DNA from: Haplodiscus bocki
Taxonomy: Eukaryota
DNA: 64,000 bases
Direction: 5' to 3'
NCBI GenBank assembly: GCA_965655095.1
Contig: OZ296648.1
Coordinates: forward strand, 100,440,001-100,504,000
The number at the start of each line of letters is the position of its first letter. The stretch's first letter is position 1. Both the position numbers and the translations under genes were made by a program. Below are positions 48,481 through 60,200 of the stretch, in pieces. The notes under the pieces are model-generated. The model was not told the origin of the DNA and searched no databases. It saw only the letters and a program-made list of their open reading frames with translations.

Positions 48481-51400
48481 AAAGAGTCCAACAAATTCGT
48501 GCATCCCAAATAGTCTTTTATTAGTAGCGACGTGCTGCGCGGCAAACTTGATCGAGTTGCATCTTAACAATTTATTGTAGTTTCCCCGTTGATTAGAGCA
48601 AATGCAAACTGTTTCAAGAATGTTGAGAATCAAGGATGACCGCATAGTTTCGTTTTTTCTTGTGTTGCATCTTTGTACAATAATTTGTCCTATTTATTAT
48701 CATCCATCTTTTTATAATTTCTAAGTCTAAATTTTTTAAAATTTAATTTTGGCATGATCATACAATACATCTGACTGTCGTTCCGTAGTTTGATTCAACT
48801 CGTGTGGAACCGTGCATTGAATAGATTTAAAATTTGGTACAATTTTATAAATCTCAATTATTCCCATTGAAATCCCCGACAGTCTATTATCACATTGACT
48901 TTCAAATTTTCTTTCATAACAACGAGATCAAAGTGTTCTGGTATGATGAGTATTGTGCATAATTAAAATGGGAAAAGTTTTCTAAAATAGTAGTGTTAGC
49001 TTTGTCTGAAGAATTACAGAACTCTGAAGTCCCAATAATGACAATCACTTTCGTACAAAACATCTGAATAAAGTTGCGTATAAGTTTCTACTTCTGATTA
49101 CTAAAGAAAGCACCTCGAAACTGCTACTACGTCTACCGATAGAAATAATGTGATACGTTGTAAACGGACTTCGTTATAAACGTGTTTGAGTCCTTTGAGA
49201 TGTAGGTGCGATTTTTTTCTATCTGACTTCTCCACTCACAGCATTTAGGTAGATTAAAAGAATGAGATGGCGCTGTCCGTACTACTGGTCATGATTATTT
49301 GAAGGTGCTTGAAACACTTTTGTTATTCCTTTTGATAGCTTAAATTTTCTACAATTTTTCAACCCATACAAACCATCTTACCGCGTCAGCCTCGCTTTAC
49401 ATGCTTCATCTCCTCAGCCCAAATAAACCACCATCGCAAGTCTGATTCTCAGTTCATTTCTAGACGTAATTCAATTCATTCGAACGTCGCTTTACTGAAC
49501 TGAACTAACATGACCCATCGTCCTTCTCTATTACAAGAAACCCTCCCCGCAAATGTTTGATTATTAGTTAAAGTCATTTGCTTTGAACTTCCTTCATCTT
49601 ACAGATTTAGTTTCAGATTGGTAAGAAAAACGTTCTGCTTGCAATCGCTCAAAAACAGACAAGCATGGTGTAGTATTCTCATACACAAGACTTAGATTCA
49701 GTGATGACAATTGAAAATGTATTTGAGGCAGAGAATTGAAGGGACAGTCAAGCTTTGCGTACGAAGGTGGGAAAGAAAAAACTTGCTGACGTTTTACACC
49801 TTCCATTGTGCGCTAAAAATTTGGACTTTACCATTTATTGCTTCCTTTTTTGCTTTGGGTATTGACTGAGTTTCACAAAGGTATATTAAAATAGTTTTTT
49901 TCAAACAGAGGGGTTTGACACTTTTGAACCTTTTCTTCTAAAAAGATTGTCATCACTGTTTAGACTAGAATTTATACCTGAAAACATGGTCAGAGAAACC
50001 TCTATTGAAGGTGACATCATGAAATGACGTCATCTACCCCGTGCTCCCCTTATCCAGTGCAATAGAGATGATAACGAATAATTTCAAGACGGAACAACAA
50101 TCCAAATTGAAAAATTGAACGTAATATACAAGAGTTATGAAATTATTTTGGTGTCTTCATTTTCGCTGTTCCATTGTTTTGAATTACCAAATGTTTCAAC
50201 GCTTTCGTTCCTCGTTTCACTGTTTGAAACATCTCTATAATAATTTGACATGAAATGTTACTATTTGAGCGCATTAAAGTTTCTAATTAACGATCACGCT
50301 GTAATTTCTATCGTTTGATCGGCAATAAATTCTTATATTCGTAACTTTTCGATCTACAAATGTTGAAATTCTTCGCAAAGACTGTTGAATTGCTCATAAT
50401 CAGGCCAAGTTACTTTTGAAACTTATTCTTGATTTAACGCCAGAAAGGACTGAGAAATACGTGTTATTACGAAAAAGAGTAGCGGCTTTATGACTGAAAA
50501 GCAAAAAATTTTCTCTCATTTTGGCTGCGTCAGTAGGTTTGTAATCACGTGAAATCAGTTCATGAAATCAATCGAAGTTGTGTCAACTATCATAAAACAG
50601 GGCAGTTTAAGTGAGTACTAAAAAGTTTCAGTTTCTGCTAACAAGTGTTCTTAGTAAATTTTGTTCCGATGAGCGTAAAATTTTGAAAGCAAACTGTTGA
50701 AAATAATGGTTTTCACTGGGACAACTGTTGAATGTTTTTATTTAGGACGCTGGAAATTTTTAATTTTACGGAGCACTTAAAGTGTTCCTCGGTTGTTTTT
50801 TACGCTTTTTCGCACGACATTTTGAGACTTCGTCCAAAATAGGGAATTTCACGTGACATTTGAATTTTGTTTCAAAATGCAGCAAAGCTGCGTGGAAATA
50901 CAGGAGGGAACATATGGGGCACCCTAGTAGTGGCGAGAGCACCCAAGTAAAAGAAATCAAAATTTTCGGAATACTTATCCGGCTTGGGTGCTATGTTTTT
51001 ACTTAATTTCATACAATTTTTTTTTTCGTTGAGCGAAATTGCTCCAGGCAATGATATGAAACAGCGATTCAGCATCTGAACTGCTTAATGAGCCTTAATT
51101 AAGGGTTTTAAGTCCTTAAATTTGCAAAATCAATCATTTTAATGGGGGTAGCTAGCATAGGTGTAATATGAAATATTGGAAGCTAGCCATGTTCTAATTA
51201 GCGGTCAAATCATTAGCGGTAACTGATGAAAGTGAGCAACTATCAGAGCGACTTTCATATAAGATGACAGACCTCCCTTCGAATTGATCCACTTTTTAGG
51301 TAGTTAATGCACCTGGAAAAGGCTGCAGTTTCATCATCCATTTTCGTCCTTTCGGGAAACATTTTGTCATATGTGAAAGAACTTATTCTGACTGAAAGGT

Positions 51401-52359
51401 ATTTCTCCACGATTTATGATGATTATGTTCACGAATAGTATTAGTAGCTCAGAAATATTATCGTGGGTACGACATCAATGTTAATTAAACACAGGTTTTG
51501 AGTTAAAATCTCAGCTTGAACCATTTTTTTTCAAAATATTACACTACAGCAAAAATTAGTTAGTTCAATGCGTGATACCTCAAAAAAAGCCGGAAAAGCT
51601 CAAGTCGGCGCGGATCTCATCACTCAAAATATGTAGGGCAGTATCACAAAAAAAATTGGTACGTGTTTTGGAGGATTATATCAAAATTTTGTAAGCATTA
51701 TATTACGTTTAATTGGTTTACGTCGTCTTTTCATGACGGCAAGAGGCGTAGGAGTCCGTGTGAAAAAAAATTGCAGAACTTTTGTAGAATTTGGTTGAAT
51801 TCGATTTCTCAAAAAAAGATTTTTCTACAAAATGGCGTACCTATCGCAGTTTGCTATTCTATCACCTCGGCTGTTTATGGATGTGATTATGAACGACAAT
51901 CAACAATTTTGTCGGTTCACCTGCCTGCTACTCTTTTCTCTGACGATGCAAGCATCTTGTTCGTCAACAACGACTAAATTCCAATGAAATAAATTGACAG
52001 GGATTGGTAATTTGCTGTATGCAACCTTGCCTTACGCAGTTTTCATTCTGCCGTTAACCGTGTACAACAGGTCAAACAAGACTTTCTAGAAGCATTTTCC
52101 ACATCTGTTTGAAGAGTTTTGACAATTGTTTTCAGAATAACGCTTCCAGTGGCTTAGCAGGTGCTATGAAAAACTTTCGTTGAAAATGTTTTTGATCCAC
52201 TTATTCTAACTGAAAGTAAGAATGTATATTGAAATATTCAAATCGGCTGATGCTTAATTTTCTATCCTGTTCAAAACTTGCATTTTTTGACGTCATCAGA
52301 GAGTCTAGTTGTATAGTGCCAGCGGTCAAAAACGGCCTATTTTTGGCAGATATTTGTTT

Positions 52360-52612
52360 ATTTTCGCGTTGTTTACTGTTCAAACTGCCTAAAAATTGGG
52401 CAGCAAAATGGCATTATCTGAAAAGACAAGATAGGCATACCAAGTTTTCGAGTATGAGACCCTGTGACAGGTATTTGCCTCAATTTCACTTCTTCGAACG
52501 AACTCTTGATTGACAGCTAGTGTAGTATATCGGCCATGATTTCAGAAGTCTATCGGCAGCTTTTGTCTCAATTGACAAGCCGAAGTGTTGCGAAATCGGC
52601 TTCGCCTGTGTC
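52360..52612 (+). repeat. Dispersed repeat, copy A (matches 63610-63875)
   Basis: Shared CGCGTTGTTTACTGTTCAAA..TTGGGC.GCAAAAT..CTGTGACAG.TA.TTG.CTCAATT..GATTGACAGC..GTGT.GTA and GTGTTGCGAA..CTTCG. Confidence 0.75.
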
Positions 52613-53809
52613 AAAAATTGAATATGGGAAAACTTATACTATCAAACTATTCAAATTTTTTAAACTGTTTTTGCACGTCCATAAAGTAATTCTCGGAAAT
52701 TGCCATATACGGCTTTTGAACAGCATGGTACAGTATGCGGCACAGATACGGCAAGCGGTTTTCTTTCCTGTCGATTGGAGTGTCGGAAACGGAATCAGCT
52801 TCATTCATGACAAGTGCTGTAATAAGCTCGAAGCATGAGAAACCCCCCCCCCCCCCCCATTGTACTCTTTTGCAATCTGCCCCTGCTTTTACTAATTGGT
52901 AAAACTTATACCGATATTACATGGGAACTGGGTCTACTTTCTGTCAACAGACGATAATAAAAAATAAATATGCTTTCCAGCCAAACAGCGATAAATTAGC
53001 TAGTGGCCGAAAAATGGAAGATAGTTTTTGTTGTGATCTTTTGCATTTAATTGGGCGTATGGTTAAAAGTTTTCGACTTTGGATCTACTAATGTATGTCT
53101 AAATAGAATCTTTCCTGTTCATTTTTGTCGCTATCTTGTTCTCAGCGATTCGTCTCAATGAATGAATTTGATACGTTCGAGATTTGTGTCAGTGTCTCGT
53201 AATCATTTAACTAGTTGAACTTCGCAAGTCTGCGATTGATGTTTAAAATGAATTTTCAATCTCGATGAAACTGATTAACGCAAATTCTGGAGTGAATATA
53301 TCAAGAACCCTTTGATATGCACAGTCTGTTGAAGATAAATTATTACCAATTAAATAAAATCAATCGCCAATCTGGAGAGTTAGTAACTATGAACCTTATT
53401 AGAAACACTGAAAGTATATTTAAACGGAATACTTTTTAACCATCTGGAACAGGAAAACCCAGCGGAGGCTAGGGTACCAATTACCAGAGGAGGCTTAACT
53501 GTTGGTACATATTTCCGTGAATACAAGTTGTTCATACTAAAGAACTTTTGATCTATGAGTAATGACGTTTACATTTTTGCTATTGAGTCTTCTACTGTTT
53601 TGTGTTCCCCTTAGCAAAGGAGACCACTGCACCCCAATTGCTTTTATTGTGGTCCGAGCCCGTTGTTCTTCCGATCAGCTACCCGCTGATCTCCCAAACA
53701 ACGGGAATTCTCAATGTTTGTTAGGTATTTCGCTTTCGAGAAAAAACTGTGTTTCACAAAAAAATCATCTCCACTGAGTTTTGAAAATGGTTAAAAAATC
53801 AAAAAAACC

Positions 53810-54490
53810 TTTGTTTACATCGACTATAACTATTTTTATTGTATCCTACACGCTAAAACATAAATTTTCGTGAAGATTCTTTTTTTTGAAAATTTCGTCA
53901 TAACCGTCATTTTTTCGTTACAAAGGTCATTTTTTCGTCATAACCGTCATTTTTTCCGTCATTCTAAACGGAAAAAAATTATCGTCTATAAAATTTCTTT
54001 CAATTGGTGTGACTTGTTCCGCTGTCCGGCGGCGCTAGATGTCAATGTTGATACTTCGGCAAAGGAGAAATGATGGAATGATCATTTTTTTTCAAATTTC
54101 CTACTAAATTCATCCGTCATATCTCCACTTCTATGTCGAGTTGGCAGAAAATTTTTTGCATGCGGATAACCCACAGTCAACATGCTTCACACACACAAAG
54201 CTGGCCCAATGCGTATGGTTACTTGTGGAGATTGGGCGGAAAAACTTCGGAAAGGGGCCAAAAAGCACGATCATTCCGTCATAACCCCCCCCCAATGAAT
54301 CAATCATGACGGGACCTACATCAAAATTCTTAGAATTAAAAGTTATGGCCACATGCAAAGTTTGAACAAAATCTAATTGTTGGAACGCGAAATCGCCTTA
54401 TTTAGCCCCCCCCCCCCCTACGGACGGATACTATTTGCTACGCACTATATTTTAAGCTCGGCGAACGGGTCCCTTCCCGGCCTCGCAGAT
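53810..54490. mobile_element. Possible further HINE/DINE-like repeat (different family)
   Basis: Internal CGTCATAACCGTCATTTTTT repeats (~53895-53962), poly-C plus CGGACGGA micro-repeat, and a terminal GC hairpin CGGG-TCCCTT-CCCG (~54466-54480). Confidence 0.35.
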
Positions 54491-54690
54491 TGTTAGTGGG
54501 GTACCACCCTGACCACCGAGTAAGCATGGTTTAGGGTTATGAGTTTGGATCAAAAGGCCGATTTGAAAGATGCGTAAAATTTTATTTTGCGACTATGCTT
54601 TAGAATGAAGCAAATCATTCAATTCAGTAGTCTGCTTTTACTTTTTTTATTATAATTTTTCGCCCTATATGAAATATACAGAAAACTTAT

Positions 54691-56107
54691 TATTTTTCGC
54701 AGTATATGTAATATACAGGAAAAATTATTGATTCAGTAGGGTCGTTTTCTTTTTTTATCAGTCCAAAACTGCCAACTCTTTTTATTGAAAAATAAATGAC
54801 AGCAGTATGGTTAGGAAAACAGCGTTCTCAAGCAGTGCGTTCGGGTTTCGAGTCTCTGTCGTGCCAAATATTTTTACGATTTGTCCCTAACATTTTGCGA
54901 TACCCGAAATTAGTGACACCCTAAAGGGTTGCCCTACGAATTTTTTCGGCACTGTGAGACAAAAAATTTTCGGCGGAAACTTGTGATACCCCCTATTATG
55001 CATAAAATTTTTCGATACCCCAAATTTTCTGAAAACTTGAAGGGATGCCCACGAAATTTTTCGGCTCTGAGACCAAAAATTTTCGACGAAAAAAACGTGG
55101 TACCCCCCTTTTCATCCACAAAACTTTTTGAAACCAAAAATTTTCTCAAAAACAGTAGGATTCCCTTACGAAAGTTTTCGGCACTGTGAGACATAAAAAT
55201 TTCGACTGAAAATCGTGATATGCCTCCTCTTATTCATAATTTTTTTTCGATACCAGAAAATTTCCGGAAAACAGAAGGGTTCCTTTACAAAGCTTTTCGT
55301 TTCGGTCTTGTGAGACAAAAAGTTCCGACAAAACCGTGATGCCCCCCCTCCTATGCATGAAAATTTTCGATAAAAGAATTTTTCTGAAACACCAAAGTGT
55401 TCTCCAATGAAATATTTTGGTACAGTGGGAAAAACTTCGACGGAAAATCGGGATACCCCCCCTCTTATCCAAACTTTTTCGATACCCGAAATTATTGCAA
55501 CAGTAAAGGATTCCCCTACGGAAAATTTCGGCACTGTGAGACAAAAAATTTTCGACAGAAAATCTTGAAACTCCCCCCCCCCCCCTCTTATCCATAAACT
55601 TTTTCGCTATCGGAAATTTTCTGAAACACAGCACAGAAGGGTTCAGCTACCAAATTTTTCGGCAGTGTGAGACAAAAAATTTTCGATAGAAAATCTTGAA
55701 ACTCCCCCCCCCCCCTCTTATCCATAAACTTTTTCGCTATCGGAATTTTTCTGAAACACAGCACAGAAGGGTTCAGCTACCAAATTTTTCGGCAATGTGA
55801 GACAAAAAATTTTTGACGGAAAATTGTGATACCTCCTCCCCCCTCTCTGATGCACAAAATTTTTCGCTACCCGAATTTTTCTGATGCACCGAAGTGTTCC
55901 CCAACGAAATTTTTCGGTACTGTGAGACAAAAAATTTTGAACGAAAAGTCGTGCATTGATTTTAGAAATCAGTGGTGGAATTGATATTTATGGAAAACTT
56001 TCCAAAATAGATTTTAAACAGTAGTCTCGATTTTAACTGTGGGCAAATGTTGATCAAAATATTTGTATTCCTGCGAAAAATATGCCGGTGCTAGCCGGCC
56101 GTCTTGT
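54691..56107 (+). mobile_element. HINE element copy 4 (subfamily B, inner/nested copy), ~9 units
   Basis: TATTTTTCGCAG...CTGCGAAAAATA sub-TIR pair, tRNA-like segment at 54797-54866, tandem array and 3' hairpin. Confidence 0.85.
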
Positions 56108-56176
56108 TCATTCAGTAGGGTCAAATTTCTTTTTTTTTCAGTGCAAAACTGCCAACTCTTTTTATTCAAAAATAAA

Positions 56177-56246
56177 TGACAGCAGTAGGGTTAGGACAAC
56201 AGCGTTCTCAAGCAGTAGGTTTGGGGTTCGAGTCTCTGTCGTGCCA
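56177..56246 (+). pseudogene. tRNA-Glu(CTC)-derived segment inside HINE copy 5 (best-preserved example)
   Basis: TGACAGCAGTAGGGTTAGGACAACAGCGTTCTCAAGCAGTAGGTTTGGGGTTCGAGTCTCTGTCGTGCCA followed by AATATTTTT. Parallels eukaryotic tRNA-Glu TAGTGGTTAGGA..GCGCTCTCAC..GGGTTCGA. Confidence 0.55.
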
Positions 56247-57299
56247 AATATTTTTACGATTTATCCCTAACATTTTTCGATACCCGAAATTAGTGACACC
56301 ACAAAGGGTTGCCCTACGAATTTTTTCGGCACTGTGAGACAAGAAATTTTCGACGGAATATCTTGACACTGCCCCCCCCACCACCCTCTCATCCAAATTT
56401 TTTCGGTATCCGAAATTAATGAAAGACTGAAGGGTTCCCCTACGGGATTTTTCGGCACTGTAAGACAAGAATTTTTCGACGGAAAATTTTGATACTCCCC
56501 CCCTTCTTATCCATAAACTTTTTCGCTACCAGAATTTTTCTGAAACACAGCATCACAGAGGGGTTCCTCTACGAAATGTTTCGGTACTGTGAGACAAAAA
56601 ATTTCCAACAGAAAATCGTGACATAACCCTCTGAAGCATAAATTTTTTCGATACCCGAAATTAATGAAAGACTAGAGGGTACTCCCACGGCATCCTCCCT
56701 CCCCCCCTTCTTATCCCTAACATTTTTCGGTGCCAGAAAATTTCTGAAACACAGAAGGGTTCCTCGACGAATTTTTTTGGCACTGTGAGACAAAAATTTT
56801 TTCACGGAAAATCGTGATACCCTTTTGCATAAAGTACAGAAATCAGTGGTCGAATTGATGTTTGTAAAAACTCTTTGAAAACTAATATCAAAACAGTTGT
56901 TTTGTTTTTAACCGTTTGCAAAAGTTGATCAAAATATTTGTAGGTGGGCGAAAAATATGCCGGTGCTAGCCGGCCGTCTTGTTTTAACTTTTAATGAGCC
57001 AAGCAGTTCTAGCGAGAATCAAAAAAATTGGCGAAAAAAATTTTGAACTCAATTATCTTAGATTATTAGGAATTGAGAATTGTTCTATGGCTCACTTGCA
57101 AGATCTATTATTAAGCTCTCATTTTGCTTTGGTGAGCCTTTCGTCGCGCGCCCGTGCAGAAGTTCGGGTTTCTTTTTCCAGAACCGCGCTTCGCGGCCAT
57201 TCCGCGGGAGCTTGTAGTAATAGAGGAATAATATTAGGTCTTCGACGCATTTACGTAGTGCAGTTGAAATTAGTTACTTGAAGACATGCGGCCAGAGTT

Positions 57300-60200
57300 C
57301 AATGTACGAAATTTCGGGTTGCTTTGTGGAATTTCATGAATTTCCTTTCAACTGTCACAAAACACGTACATATACGACAGCACTGTCCAAATAGTTTTTT
57401 TCATTTGCAATGGCCGTAGACATACATACCAGTTATCAACATAAGAGTATGGTGCTCATGTGTTTTTCCAGTCGGAAAATATTACACCGAAATTGAAAGA
57501 ACAATATGTTCCATACTCTGGACAATAGCCAAGAAAAGCCTCTGTCGCAGTGTGATAATATCCGTCAAAGGGGTGTAGAAATGATGATCGAATATACCTA
57601 TGATTTTCACAAAATTTTGACTAAATATAATGTTGTCGATTGAGAACTTGTCGGAAGACGTGAAGCCGGGAGCATCAGAAACCTATGAGTTTTAATGTCG
57701 ACAAAATAACAATTGCCTTTTCCAGTGTATCATGAGAATTCTGTTGCTTATGCAAGAATCAAGGAGGTTCAGTTCAAAGACCCTCTTCAGATGGAAAGCG
57801 ATCAATTAATAGCCTGATGCAAGAAGTCAAGCAAATAGGTATGGAGAAATATGAGTTTGAATATCGGCTTTTTTGGACTTTCACGATTCCGACGGAAGGA
57901 GAATCTTTGATTGTTCTATTGATTAGTCCTCTTTAAGTAGAGAGTAGCTGATCGAGCCCTTGATGGAAGAATTCAGAGTTCAAATTTGTAGTTTTGGAGA
58001 ATTTCAATTTTGAAAACCGAGATCTCTGATTTATAAGTACATTTTTTTGGGCTTTTCCGGCTGGTCAAGATTCGTGCTCAAAGAAACAAAATTATAATTG
58101 TTTTGGAAAGTAGAATTATCACAATTCAGTTAATCCGAAGCTTAGTTTCGAGTCACCGTACCGTGAAAATTTCTTGCCAAGCCCACTGTTCCGTTCAACA
58201 ATGTTTAATTTTAGGAAGAGTTTCTGTTTTACGAAAATCATGTAGCGTAATTAAGTTTTTTTAAATGCTTTTTCTTACATTTTTTGATTTGAGGATGTTT
58301 TGCATACATTCTCGAAAATTTTGTCTGCGTGGAGTGACCATAGGGATATTGTAGGTGCGGTGAGAAAGTGCAAATCAAAAATCGTGGGAATTTTGTTCAC
58401 TGGTCACTATACGTATTGAATGTTAACCCCTGAAAATTTTGCTCTCATATCTCCCATCTGCGGGAAAACGGAAAAAGCGTCAAGGTGCGATCCTCAGGGC
58501 TAGCGTAGAGCTTGCGAGGTTGCGCAAATTGGAACAGCAAAAGTTTTCCTTTCTTTCCTTTTTTGGTACTTTTATGAGGAACAGTAGTAGTGGGAAGGTT
58601 AATGGAAGTTGAAGTAGCTGAAGGTTTTCAAATCTTGTTCCAGGACACTATCCGGGTAATGATGTGGCTGTTCCCTTTTCGTGGGGAAGAACGGGATCCT
58701 TGTTTATAACGAAAATATAAAAATTTTGAGATTATTCCGACGTTGATACGGAGGTTAGGGAAGATATGCCAAGTCGTGTGAATGGCCAACAAAGTTGAAG
58801 CGGAAAATACTTTGTAACTCTGATTAGCGATAGCATCAGGACATTGGAGCTACTTTTACTGGGACGTGGTAGGAAAAGGAAGCAGAAATTCTGAGAAACA
58901 TCGAAGTTATTGCAACTTGGGTACGTTCGTTAGGGCTGCTGATGTAAGTAGTGTGAGTGTTCAGTGAAGTTCAGATGAGGAATCAGTTTGGATTTTTAAT
59001 TCGGGGGTAATATGAAGATTGGGGTGTGGTTGTTCCTATGCTATGGGGACGTACAGAATGGAGAAGTCTTGGAAATTTTGACAATTTTTCAACTGAGGTG
59101 TAGAGTTTAGGGAGTTTATGTGAATTACGAGTGGGCGTCGCAGATAAAGGGGCAGAATAGTTTTCAAATATTATACGGGTTAGTATCAGGGCAAAGGTAT
59201 GACCATTTCGAGGCGGTCGCATTGAAGGTAATGACTGAAATCTTGAAAGCATTAAGTGTGATTCAGTTCTGGTCAATTGTTCTGGAAGGATAAAGAAAGT
59301 AGTTGAAAGGGCCAGGAAAGTTGAAGTGGTTTTCAACTCTAAGTCGCGATTTTTTCTTGCTTTGGGAACGGAGCGAACAAAGAAAATATCTCTTCTATTG
59401 TGGAGTATTTGGGAGTGGTGCGGTGTTTCTGAGCCTGTGATAATCCAATGTTCCAAAATTTTGATGATTTGATATTATTCCGACCTGAGAGGTGGTTAGG
59501 GAAGTTGAGCCTTTTTATTGGGAATGGCAGGCGAATTTAGAGCTGGCATTGATTATCTAAGGCCAGTGAGAATTAAATTGGCTCCGAATTTAAGAAATAT
59601 TTTTCAGTTTTTTCGTTGGAGCACTCGAAGTTGCTTCTCCCCTATTGCAGTATCTGTAAACTGAACTCCAGCAATCGAACTATCAAGCTATATCTTAGCG
59701 TTAGCGTATCTAACGGCCTCCTGGTTCAGGTCGAACTCTTCGGGAGTTGCTCTAGACCGGAGTGACTTTTTCGACGTGGTTTTTTTGATCGTCTGAATTG
59801 TCTTCTTTTGTGGATATGACCGTTTAATGTTTGCCCTTTGCCCATTTTTGAAGAAGAGAAAACGTTTTCTGATTGAGCCCGAGGAAGTCGCCTGTTGAGA
59901 AAATTAGGACACCTAACTCAAAATGCACCGTGTCGGTCAACATGCGGTGGTGCAGCAAAGTGAAGCGGTCAATAAAAGGCAGGTGAATTTTGCAGTTCCA
60001 CTTGGAAGTCAGTCTCGACTTAAGTTTTTCTCAATTTTCGGAAGCTATCGTTGTTTGGCAGTGACTTTGCTTAAATTAACTTCCAAGAATGAAAGCGGCG
60101 ATTATTAATTGCATGGTGACTGTTTACAAGGCTGTTTAGTCTCGCTAGCTGCGTGTACGTTTCGTGTCGTTTTTTAGCTGCGCATCGGAAGTCAGAAAAG

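Larger units (their letters stand above)
54651..56982 (+). mobile_element. HINE element copy 5 (subfamily A, outer/host copy; 54651-54690 plus 56108-56982)
   Basis: 5' end AATTTTTCGCC-CTATATGAAATATAC is interrupted at 54690 and resumes at 56108 (TCATTCAGTAGGG). Ends GGCGAAAAATATGCCGGTGCTAGCCGGCCGTCTTGT. Confidence 0.82.

Noticed and set aside
54797-54866. Functional tRNA genes in the HINE copies
   Set aside because: Acceptor and anticodon stems do not pair fully and the copies differ from each other, so they are treated as tRNA-derived only.
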